Assembly: GCA_017500855.1 (NCBI GenBank)
Contig: JAFVYC010000003.1
Location: 70,442-134,441, forward strand
Length of the DNA: 64,000 nucleotides
Direction of reading: 5' to 3'
DNA from: Clostridia bacterium
GTDB taxonomy: Bacteria; Bacillota; Clostridia; Christensenellales; CAG-314
This document shows, piece after piece, positions 47,569 to 55,854 of the stretch (the stretch's first letter is position 1; each line of letters begins with the position of its first letter). The notes beneath the pieces were generated by a model, which was given only the letters and a program-made list of their open reading frames with translations, had not been told where the DNA came from and did not search any database. Position numbers and translations under genes: made by a program.

Positions 47569-48951
47569 ATGATTCATCAGTACAAACTTGGTGGCCACAA
47601 CATTGTTTTGGACGTGTGCAGTGGTTCGGTGCACGTGGTGGACGAAATTGCCTACGACGTAATTGAACTGTACCAAAGCGCAACCAAAGAGCAAATTGTT
47701 GCCAACCTTCACCAAAAATACCAACACACGGGCGTTTCCGCCGAGGAAATTGCCGAGTGCTACTGCCAAGTGCAACAACTGGAACAGCAAGGCAAACTTT
47801 TTGCCCCAGACACTTTCCGTTCCATTGCCGGCAAACTAAAAGCCAAGAGCGCAGGCGTTGTAAAGGCGCTTTGTTTGCACGTTGCGCACACTTGCAACCT
47901 CAACTGCGCCTACTGCTTTGCAAGCCAAGGCAAGTACAGTGGCGAGCGTGCCATCATGAGTTTGGAAGTAGGCAAGCGTGCATTGGATTTTCTTGTTGAG
48001 CACAGCGGAACACGCAAAAATTTGGAAGTGGACTTTTTCGGTGGCGAACCGTTGATGAACTGGCAAATGGTAAAGGACCTTGTTGCCTACGCTCGCAGTA
48101 TCGAAAAGCAACACGGCAAGCATTTTCGCTTCACGCTTACAACCAACGGCGTGCTTGTGGACGACGACGTCATTGAGTTTTCCAACAGGGAAATGGACAA
48201 CGTGGTGCTGAGTTTGGACGGACGAAAGGAAATTCACGATCGCTACCGTGTGGACTACCTAGGCAATGGCAGTTGGGAAAAAATCGTGCCAAAATTCCAA
48301 AAGTTTGTACAAAAGCGTGGCGACAAAAGCTACTACATGCGTGGCACTTTCACACACGCCAACCCCGACTTTTTGCAAGACATTCGCACCATGTTGGATT
48401 TGGGATTTACCGAACTTTCCATGGAACCCGTGGTGTGTGGCAAGGACGACCCATCTCGCTTGACGGACGAAGACTTGCAAGTGGTGATGCAACAGTACGA
48501 GCAACTTGCCGAATTGATGATAGAGCGTGACAAGGCAGGCAAACCCTTCACCTTCTACCACTACATGATTGACCTGACGGGTGGCCCTTGCATCTACAAA
48601 CGTGTGAGTGGCTGTGGCTCGGGAACGGAGTACATGGCCGTGACGCCTTGGGGAGATTTGTACCCCTGCCACCAATTTGTTGGCGACGAAAAGTTCCGTT
48701 TGGGGGACATTTGGAAGGGCGTGACCAACACGGAAATTGTTGAGCAATTTGCCGGTTGCAACGTCTACGCACACCCCGAATGCCACGATTGTTGGGCAAG
48801 ATTATACTGCTCGGGTGGTTGCGCAGCCAACGCCTACCACGCAACAGGCAAAATCACAGGCATCTACCAAGACGGTTGCAAACTGTTCAAAAAGCGCATG
48901 GAATGCGCCATCATGGTGGCTGTGGACAAACTGACACGAGGTCAAAACTGA
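47569..48951 (+). CDS. scfB: Radical SAM/SPASM thioether-forming maturase of SCIFF
   Basis: CNLNCAYC radical-SAM cluster motif and a C-terminal SPASM cysteine clusters (CGSGTEY..., CHDCWARLYCSGGC). Lies directly after scfA. Confidence 0.9.
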   Translation: MIHQYKLGGHNIVLDVCSGSVHVVDEIAYDVIELYQSATKEQIVANLHQKYQHTGVSAEEIAECYCQVQQLEQQGKLFAPDTFRSIAGKLKAKSAGVVKALCLHVAHTCNLNCAYCFASQGKYSGERAIMSLEVGKRALDFLVEHSGTRKNLEVDFFGGEPLMNWQMVKDLVAYARSIEKQHGKHFRFTLTTNGVLVDDDVIEFSNREMDNVVLSLDGRKEIHDRYRVDYLGNGSWEKIVPKFQKFVQKRGDKSYYMRGTFTHANPDFLQDIRTMLDLGFTELSMEPVVCGKDDPSRLTDEDLQVVMQQYEQLAELMIERDKAGKPFTFYHYMIDLTGGPCIYKRVSGCGSGTEYMAVTPWGDLYPCHQFVGDEKFRLGDIWKGVTNTEIVEQFAGCNVYAHPECHDCWARLYCSGGCAANAYHATGKITGIYQDGCKLFKKRMECAIMVAVDKLTRGQN

Positions 48952-50285
48952 TGGACACCCCAATTTGCAAATTTGTACACACGTATTGCAAAAACAACAC
49001 CGTGCGCATGCACATGCCGGGGCACAAGGGTTGCAACTTTTTGGGTTGCGAACACCTTGACGTGACGGAAGTTTTTGGCGCCGACAGTTTGTACCAAGCA
49101 AACGGAGTCATTGCACAGTCAGAGCAAAACGCATCCAAACTGTTTGGTTGCAACACGTTCTACTCGGCGGAAGGCTCGTCGCTTGCAATTCGAAGCATGC
49201 TGTACCTTGTTTTGCTGTTTGCCAAAAGTTGTGGCAAGTCGCCAACGGTGCTTGCCTGCAGAAACGTGCACAAAAGTTTTTTGTCCGGCGTGGCATTGTT
49301 GGATTTGGACGTTGTTTGGCTTCCGCACAACGGCGCAAACTATCTCAGTTGCAACGTGGATGCAAATTTTTTGGACGGCTTTTTGCAAGCAATGGAAAAC
49401 AAGCCCACGGCGCTGTACGTCACTTGCCCCAACTACCTTGGGGAAATGCAAAACGTGCAAAAACTGGCACACGTGTGCCACAAACACGGTGTTTTGTTGG
49501 CAGTAGACAACGCCCACGGCGCCTACCTTGCCTTTTTGCAAAACAACCAACACCCAATGGCTTTGGGCGCAGACGTGTGTTGCGATTCGGCGCACAAAAC
49601 GCTTCCCGTGTTGACGGGTGGCGCCTACTTGCACGTTTCCCACAATGCGCCAAAAATTTTTGTTGAACAAGCACGCAACGCACTGTCGCTGTTTGGTTCA
49701 ACAAGCCCATCCTACTTGATACTGCAATCCCTCGACCTTGCCAACAAACGCCTTGCCGAAGGCTACGCAAGTGAACTTCAACAGTTTGCATTGCAAGTGC
49801 AACAGGCAAAAAGCAAAATTTGCAGTTTTGGTTGGAAAGTGGTTGGGGAAGAACAACTAAAAATCACGCTTCAAACCAAGCAAAGTGGCTACACGGGTGT
49901 GGAAATTGCCAACGTTCTTCGCCAAAACAACGTTGAATGCGAGTTTTGCGACCAAGACTTCGTTGTGCTGATGCTTTCCCCACAAAACACCGCCAGCCAA
50001 CTTCAATTGCTGGTTCAAGTGCTTCAAAACATCCCACAAAAACAGCCAATTTGCACAACGCCCCCACGGTTTTGCCAACCAATTGGCAAAACAAGCATTC
50101 GCCAAGCAATGCTTGGCAACAAGGTGGCTTTGCCAACAAGGCAATGTTTGGGCAAAATTTGCGCCGACGCCAACGTTGGTTGCCCACCTGCCGTGCCCAT
50201 TGTGATGTGTGGCGAAGTCATCGACCAAAACGCCATCGACGCAATGCTGTACTACGGCATCGACGTTTGCCAAGTGCTTGCCTAG
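48951..50285 (+). CDS. PLP-dependent Orn/Lys/Arg decarboxylase family protein
   Basis: MHMPGHKG N-terminus and the SAHKTLPVLTGGA PLP-lysine motif. Its ATG overlaps the scfB stop (ATGA-type coupling). Confidence 0.85.
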   Translation: MDTPICKFVHTYCKNNTVRMHMPGHKGCNFLGCEHLDVTEVFGADSLYQANGVIAQSEQNASKLFGCNTFYSAEGSSLAIRSMLYLVLLFAKSCGKSPTVLACRNVHKSFLSGVALLDLDVVWLPHNGANYLSCNVDANFLDGFLQAMENKPTALYVTCPNYLGEMQNVQKLAHVCHKHGVLLAVDNAHGAYLAFLQNNQHPMALGADVCCDSAHKTLPVLTGGAYLHVSHNAPKIFVEQARNALSLFGSTSPSYLILQSLDLANKRLAEGYASELQQFALQVQQAKSKICSFGWKVVGEEQLKITLQTKQSGYTGVEIANVLRQNNVECEFCDQDFVVLMLSPQNTASQLQLLVQVLQNIPQKQPICTTPPRFCQPIGKTSIRQAMLGNKVALPTRQCLGKICADANVGCPPAVPIVMCGEVIDQNAIDAMLYYGIDVCQVLA

Positions 50286-50406
50286 TGCAAAAGCACGAGC
50301 ATTGGTCACAAGGGCTTCAAACTGCAAAGTTGGCAGTTTGTGCCAAATGGGCGCAAATCAACACACAAAATTTCAAAATTACATCCCACAAAAGTTGCAA
50401 TTGCTG

Positions 50407-50435
50407 TTGCAAAAAGCGCACAAAAAGTGTATAAT
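50407..50435 (+). promoter_or_regulatory. Sigma-A-type promoter abutting the dnaA start
   Basis: TTGCAA, 17-nt spacer, TATAAT. The -10 ends 9 nt before the dnaA ATG. Confidence 0.45.
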
Positions 50436-50444
50436 GGAGATACT

Positions 50445-51806
50445 ATGCTAAAACTCAATCAAATTTGGAACAACATTTTGCTGGAAGTGGAATCTAAGGT
50501 GGCAACGCTTGCCTACGACTTGTACATCAACTCGCTTGAACCTGTTGGAATGTACAAGGACCGTTTGGTGCTTCTTGCCGGATCCAAAGCACTCAAAAAC
50601 ATTGTTGTCAACAACTACAAAGACGTGCTAAAAAAGGCAACTGCCAAGGTTTTCCCATCCATTATAGACATTGAAATCATCACGGAAGAGGACGTTCCGC
50701 ACCTTGGTGCTGTGCAAAAGGAAGTTGACATCCCCGTTAGTAGCGCCTACGTTGCCGACGTGGAAGAAAAGGCTTGCTTTGTTGCGCAGTACACCTTCGA
50801 CAACTTTGTTGTTGGCAAAAGTAACGAGTACGCCCACGCCGTGGCTCGTGCCGTTGCCGAAAATCCCGGCACAAAGTACAACCCCGTGTTTTTGTGGGGT
50901 GGCGTTGGTTTGGGCAAAACGCACTTGATGCACGCCATTGGCAACATGCTTCAACGCAACTTCCCCGAAAAGCGCATCATGTACGTAACTTGCGACCAGT
51001 TTGTCAACGAGTTTATCGAGTCGCTTCACAACAACACCGACCCCAACGCAATGAAACATTTCCGTGCAAAGTATCGCAAGTTGGACGTGTTGATGATGGA
51101 CGACGTGCAGTTTTTGGCAAACAAGGAAGGCACGCAGGAAGAAATGTTCCACACCTTCAACGAACTGTACCTTGCGGACAAGCAAATCATCTTGAGTAGC
51201 GACCGTCCGCCCAAGGAAATCAAAATTGAAGAAAGGCTCAAAACTCGCTTTGCAACGGGCATCATTGCCGACATTCAACCCCCAAATTTGGAAACACGTA
51301 TTGCCATTTTGCAAAAGAAATGCAACGCCAAGGGCTACAACATCAACTTCAACGTGCTAAGCCTCATTGCCGAACGCATCACAACCAACATCAGGGAAAT
51401 GGAAGGCATGCTCAACCGCATCATCAGCTACTCCACACTTGTTGGTGGCGACCCCAACGACATGGGCGTTGTAAACGATGCGCTTCGAGACTACGCCTCT
51501 GCCGAAAAGGAAGTCATCACAATCGACCAAGTTGTTTCCGCCACTTGCGAGTACTTCCGCATCAAAAAGGAAGACCTCATTGGCAAAAAGAAGAACAAGG
51601 AAATTGTTGTGCCAAGGCACATTTGCGTGTACCTCATTTGCGACATTTTGGAAGGCACCCCGCTGGAAGCCATTGGCGAGTACTTTGGTGGCAGGGACCA
51701 CACAACAATGATCCACGCAAGGGACAAAATCAGCGAAGCCATCAAAACCAACAGCACAACGGCATCGCAGGTAAAGGACATCAGGGACAAACTTTTCAAC
51801 AGATAG
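50445..51806 (+). CDS. dnaA: Chromosomal replication initiator DnaA
   Basis: GGVGLGKTHLMHAIGN Walker A, LMMDDVQFL, a sensor region, and the C-terminal DNA-binding domain ...GGRDHTTMIHARDKI. Confidence 0.95.
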   Translation: MLKLNQIWNNILLEVESKVATLAYDLYINSLEPVGMYKDRLVLLAGSKALKNIVVNNYKDVLKKATAKVFPSIIDIEIITEEDVPHLGAVQKEVDIPVSSAYVADVEEKACFVAQYTFDNFVVGKSNEYAHAVARAVAENPGTKYNPVFLWGGVGLGKTHLMHAIGNMLQRNFPEKRIMYVTCDQFVNEFIESLHNNTDPNAMKHFRAKYRKLDVLMMDDVQFLANKEGTQEEMFHTFNELYLADKQIILSSDRPPKEIKIEERLKTRFATGIIADIQPPNLETRIAILQKKCNAKGYNINFNVLSLIAERITTNIREMEGMLNRIISYSTLVGGDPNDMGVVNDALRDYASAEKEVITIDQVVSATCEYFRIKKEDLIGKKKNKEIVVPRHICVYLICDILEGTPLEAIGEYFGGRDHTTMIHARDKISEAIKTNSTTASQVKDIRDKLFNR

Positions 51807-51821
51807 TTTCAACAACTTTGT

Positions 51822-51850
51822 GGGCAAGGAAATTCCTTGCCCATTTTTTC
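51822..51850 (+). terminator. Intrinsic terminator of dnaA
   Basis: GGGCAAGG-AAATT-CCTTGCCC followed by ATTTTTT. Confidence 0.75.
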
Positions 51851-51973
51851 AAAAAAAAGTTGCCGTTTGCTTTGTTCACCGTGCATTGCAAGGTGGGGCA
51901 AAATGGCAACGTTTGTGCAAAAACTTGCACCCGTGGTGCGCTTTTTGGGCGCAGTGGTGCAACAGGAGGCAAC

Positions 51974-52819
51974 ATGCAACACACAATTTCCAACCAAACT
52001 TTTGGGCAAGAACGTGCCTTGTACAACTTGCAAAATGCAACGGTGCAAAACTGCAGTTTTTGTGGGCAGGAAGATGGCGAATCGGCTTTGAAGGAATGCC
52101 GAAACATTGTTGTGCAACACAGCAACTTTCATCTGCGCTACCCATTGTGGCATTGCCACGGTGTGCAAATTTCCCATTGCACGCAAACGGAAACTTGCCG
52201 TGCGCCACTTTGGTACTGCTCGCAAGTGGACGTTCAACACAGCCAACTTCACGGCATCAAAGCCGTGCGAGAGTGCAACAACGTTGCCATTTCCAACAGT
52301 AGCATCCAAAGTGATGAATTTGGTTGGAAAACTTGCAATTTGCGCCTTGCCAACTGCACGGCAAGTGGCAAGTACTTTTTGTTTGGCGCCGAAGGCGTTG
52401 AACTTTGCAACGTGGAAATGAGTGGCAAGTATTCCTTCCAGTATGTAAAAAACGCAACCATCAGCCATTGCACCTTGGACACCAAGGATGCCCTGTGGCA
52501 TGCGGAAAACGTGTTGGTGGAGCATTGCGTTGTCAAGGGCGAGTACCTTGCTTGGTACAGCAAGAACGTCACTTTCCACAATTGCACAATTGTTGGCACA
52601 CAACCCCTTTGCTACTGCCAAAACCTCAAATTGGTGGATTGCATCATGGTGGATGCCCACCTTGCCTTCGAAAACAGCACCGTCCAAGCAACGGTAAACA
52701 GCCACATCCTTTCGGTAAAAAACCCCATTGGCGGAAGCATCGTTGCCCACAGCATTGGCGAAGTGATTGTGGACAACCCCATCTATCCATCCACTTGCAA
52801 AATTTCCACCAAGCAGTAG
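51974..52819 (+). CDS. DUF3737 family (right-handed beta-helix-like) protein
   Basis: FGQERALYNLQNATVQNCSFCGQEDGESALKECRNIVVQHSNFHLRYPLWH is typical of DUF3737. AGGAGG RBS. The upstream part of the tracked ORF overlaps dnaA and was rejected. Confidence 0.8.
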   Translation: MQHTISNQTFGQERALYNLQNATVQNCSFCGQEDGESALKECRNIVVQHSNFHLRYPLWHCHGVQISHCTQTETCRAPLWYCSQVDVQHSQLHGIKAVRECNNVAISNSSIQSDEFGWKTCNLRLANCTASGKYFLFGAEGVELCNVEMSGKYSFQYVKNATISHCTLDTKDALWHAENVLVEHCVVKGEYLAWYSKNVTFHNCTIVGTQPLCYCQNLKLVDCIMVDAHLAFENSTVQATVNSHILSVKNPIGGSIVAHSIGEVIVDNPIYPSTCKISTKQ

Positions 52820-52974
52820 CGCATTGCGCCAAAACCTCCACCCCGTGGTGGCAAAAACTGCACGGCTTTGTGCGCAAACAAGCAAAGTTTTGCACACGTG
52901 GCGCAAATTTTCACATTGCAACAAAAAGGCGAGTTTTCTTTTGCAAACCCGCCTGTTTTTTGCCCTTTCCCGTG

Positions 52975-53047
52975 CCAAATTGCCCGTTTTTCCACACACG
53001 TGGTGGGGAAATAGGCAAAAAAAAGGGGCAAGCCTTTCGACTTGCCC
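52975..53047 (-). repeat. Junction element copy B (not followed by an RHS fragment)
   Basis: CCAAATTGCCCGTTTTTCCACACACGTGGTGGGGAAATAGG-A8-GGGGCAAGCC-TTTCGA-CTTGCCC. Direct repeat of copy C and inverted relative to copy A. Confidence 0.7.
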
Positions 53048-53096
53048 TAAATTATAGCTTGCTACATTGTTAAACTTCAGCATCAAATCCCAAAAC

Positions 53097-53552
53097 TCAA
53101 TTTTCCTGAGAAATTTTTTCTTTGATGGTATATAACTCATCGGTGATTTCCTTTGTGTTAGAAAATAATTTGTATACAAACAAGATTTTTGTTCCGTCTT
53201 TCAAGGAAATAACGACGTATTGATTCCAATCATCAATATCCAAAAAAGCAATATCGGAAAATTTGATTCTTTTTGCTACAAAGGTTGTGCAGTAAGCCAA
53301 ATTCTTGGAGGTTAGCCCCAGTTTTGTGACAATTTTGTCGTTTTCAAATTGCAAATAACAACTGAAAGACCAAATATACACGACACTTTCAACTGCTATG
53401 CACACCAGTAATAATATTGCTCCTATTTGTTTTTCCATTTCAATGCATAAAAAACAAACAAAGATGCTTGCCAGTATTAGTACTGGCATTAGAATCCACA
53501 ATTTTACAGGTCTATATTTTTTCATTTCAGATTTTTCCACTTTCAATTGCAT
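53097..53552 (-). CDS. Hypothetical 2-TM membrane protein with a PH-like soluble domain (immunity-like)
   Basis: Two N-terminal hydrophobic helices, AT-rich composition, and the same architecture as 53634-54161. The start may instead be 53525. Confidence 0.55.
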   Translation of the reverse strand: MQLKVEKSEMKKYRPVKLWILMPVLILASIFVCFLCIEMEKQIGAILLLVCIAVESVVYIWSFSCYLQFENDKIVTKLGLTSKNLAYCTTFVAKRIKFSDIAFLDIDDWNQYVVISLKDGTKILFVYKLFSNTKEITDELYTIKEKISQEN

Positions 53553-53633
53553 TCTGTTAGTTGTCCCCTTTCGCCCGGTTTAGAAATAACTCATCAAACA
53601 CAACGATGCTTTGGTTATGTTCTTGTTTTGCTA

Positions 53634-54161
53634 CTACTCTTTAGCATTTATTTCGGCGATGAGTTGGTTGGCTTTTTTACAAAACTCTTCCAATCGTTCT
53701 CGTTGCCTACTGTTATTATCAAAAAACAGTCTGAAACCCAGCGAGCCTGTAGACCAAGACCTCAATTTGTACACCTTGCCATTATTGCAAACTATATCAA
53801 TGGTAAAACGGTTGGAGCGGAGTTCCTCTTTTGTACTTGTCACCGTCACCTCGATTTTTGCTAGTTCGTCAATATTTATTTTTCTTTTCGTAAAACCGGG
53901 GCTTTCTCTAACAATAAATGAATTAGAATCCATATCTAATCTTAGGTACGTTTTGAAGACCAAAAAGAAAATATATACATCAATTAGCAACGCTACTAGC
54001 AGCATCGACAATACACGAAATGTATATTCTTTTACCATCGTAAGTCCAAACAACGACAGCAAAGTCAATCCTATTGCAAAATACAGCACAATTGTTTTTT
54101 CAGCAACGGGCAACTGATATAATGTGATTCTATTCGAAGAGGAGTTTTTTAATTTCCCCAT
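53634..54161 (-). CDS. Hypothetical 2-TM membrane protein with a PH-like soluble domain (immunity-like)
   Basis: AGGAGA RBS and two TM helices (IVLYFAIGLTLLSLFGL, VLSMLLVALLIDVYIFFLVF). Lies directly downstream of the orphan RHS fragment. Confidence 0.6.
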   Translation of the reverse strand: MGKLKNSSSNRITLYQLPVAEKTIVLYFAIGLTLLSLFGLTMVKEYTFRVLSMLLVALLIDVYIFFLVFKTYLRLDMDSNSFIVRESPGFTKRKINIDELAKIEVTVTSTKEELRSNRFTIDIVCNNGKVYKLRSWSTGSLGFRLFFDNNSRQRERLEEFCKKANQLIAEINAKE

Positions 54162-54210
54162 AGTAATGATCTCCTATTTCATTTAGAAAAGAAATTAGCA
54201 GTGCTTCCGC

Positions 54211-54486
54211 TTAGGTAGTTGGATTGCCTGCTTGGTCGTAGGCAATGGATTGACCATTGAAAGACACAAGTTGTCCTTTCCAATTTGAGCCATACGTGTA
54301 GGCAAAAGTAGCTGTTGGAGCAACGTTGGTCAAATCCCCTGTGGTATAGTCATACTCACTTCTACTAACAATGTTATCACTAATATCATAGCACCATGTT
54401 GTAGTTTTGTCAATACCTGTAGTGGGGTTGTTTTCTCGAATTAGTTTGCCAAGTTTGTCGTACACAAATTGCCCGGTTTTCCACAC
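54211..54486 (-). pseudogene. Orphan internal RHS fragment, second copy
   Basis: VWKTGQFVYDKLGKLIRENNPTTGIDKTTTWCYDISDNIVSRSEYDYTTGDLTNVAPTATFAYTYGSNWKGQLVSFNGQSIAYDQAGNPTT, then a stop. No N-terminus and no toxin domain. Confidence 0.65.
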
Positions 54487-54534
54487 ACGGGGTGGGGGAA
54501 TGCAGATAAAAAGGGCAAGCCATTTGGCTTGCCC
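54465..54534 (-). repeat. Junction element copy C
   Basis: CAAATTGCCCGGTTTTCCACACACGGGGTGGGGGAATGCAGATAAAAAGGGCAAGCC-ATTT-GGCTTGCCC. Confidence 0.7.
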
Positions 54535-54552
54535 TTGGTTTTGATGAACAAT

Positions 54553-54801
54553 CTAGTCGTTTTCATCAAGAATTATCTTCTTTAATCGTTTTTGTTTTTT
54601 TGACACAATGCATTGTTCGTCGTAGGTTGTTTCTGCCCCGCAATTAGGACAACAATAGATATATGTAACATAGCGATAAGAACTCATACCTATGGCCCAA
54701 ACCTTTCCAGGCATTCTGTTAGAAAACCGATCATCACCTTTTTCAATAATTTCAGTATTTTTTTCTACTCTTAATCTTGTACCGCATTTTCCGCAATACA
54801 T
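54553..54801 (-). CDS. Small zinc-ribbon protein (82 aa)
   Basis: CGKCG ... CPNCG pairs and AT-rich composition. Confidence 0.55.
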   Translation of the reverse strand: MYCGKCGTRLRVEKNTEIIEKGDDRFSNRMPGKVWAIGMSSYRYVTYIYCCPNCGAETTYDEQCIVSKKQKRLKKIILDEND

Positions 54802-55125
54802 TTTTTTTGAATATCATACCAACATCTATGCTACTTTTATACCCTTGCCATCCCATCTTCGTTACCTCCAAATAATAGTAATACTAACCAGCTAGAATCT
54901 CCTACGAAATCTATGGCCGTGCAAGTTTGTGTCGAGTTTCATCATTGTTTTGTGGAGCGATTTTCTGTTGAACGCAAATTAACCCTGGTAGAGCCATGGC
55001 GGTTTTAGTTAAAGTCTTTGTGAAATATGTGGCAATCAGTGTGCTGTTGCGTGAAACTCCAACAAAGTCCACCCCTGCTAGCCGTATTGTACAGCATTGT
55101 GAGTTGTTTGTCAAGGGGCTGGGCA

Positions 55126-55156
55126 ACAAAAAAAGCAAGCGTGGTGCGCTTGCTTT
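55126..55156 (-). terminator. Intrinsic terminator of the rpmH-jag operon
   Basis: AAGCAAGCG / CGCTTGCTT stem followed by U7 on the minus strand. Confidence 0.65.
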
Positions 55157-55164
55157 TGGTTTTG

Positions 55165-55848
55165 CTACTTTCTGCGTTTTTTGTCGCTACGGTACACGAA
55201 GTTCAAGGTTTTGCGTGGTGCGTTGGGCGAGTTGAGAACGTTGCTTTGCAGTTTTGGGCTGATAACAACGTGTCTGCCACTGCCGTTGCCTTGGCTTTCG
55301 GTAGAAACGTGCTTGCTGTTTTGCAATGCCGTGTGGATGATACGGCGTTCGTAGGGGTTCATTGGTTCGAGTTTTACCGGTTGGCCAGTGCGCTTTACCT
55401 TTTGTTCAAGGTTCAAAGCAAGGCGTTGAAGGGTTTTTTCTCGCTTTGCACGGTAGTTTTCCGTGTCGATAACCACACGTTTGAAACCGTCGTTTTTGCC
55501 GTTCAACAGCAAACTGCAAAGGTATTGCAAAGCATCCAACACTTCGCCACGGTAGCCAATTGCGCCGGAACTGTTTTCGCCGGCAATGTCCAAAAACAAA
55601 GTTTCTTTGTCGTCGTGGGAAGTGACAATGCAACCTGCAATGCCCATTTTTTCCAGCACGTTTTCCAAAAATTCTTCAATGCGTTCGGCTTCGGTAAGAA
55701 TTTGTGTTAGTTGCACTTTGAACGGACGCAAAAAACCACCTTCTTGCAAAACTTCAATTTGCACTTTACTGCGGTCTAGCCCAAGTTGTTCCAAGCCCTT
55801 TTCCACAGCAACGTCCAAAGTTTTGCCTGTAGATTGAATTTGTTTCAT
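55165..55848 (-). CDS. jag: RNA-binding protein Jag/KhpB (Jag_N + KH + R3H)
   Basis: N-terminus GKTLDVAVEKGLEQLGL, and the R3H region LEPMNPYERRIIHTAL. Confidence 0.9.
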   Translation of the reverse strand: MKQIQSTGKTLDVAVEKGLEQLGLDRSKVQIEVLQEGGFLRPFKVQLTQILTEAERIEEFLENVLEKMGIAGCIVTSHDDKETLFLDIAGENSSGAIGYRGEVLDALQYLCSLLLNGKNDGFKRVVIDTENYRAKREKTLQRLALNLEQKVKRTGQPVKLEPMNPYERRIIHTALQNSKHVSTESQGNGSGRHVVISPKLQSNVLNSPNAPRKTLNFVYRSDKKRRK

Positions 55849-55854
55849 TGTTTG

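Noticed and set aside
54900-55125. Possible SRP RNA or other housekeeping ncRNA downstream of jag, suggested by the string GTGCTGTT at about 55041.
   Set aside because: The conserved SRP domain-IV sequence (GGAAG(G)AAGCAGCC-like) is absent on both strands. No convincing long-range helix was found. There are also no tmRNA, RNase P or tRNA signatures.
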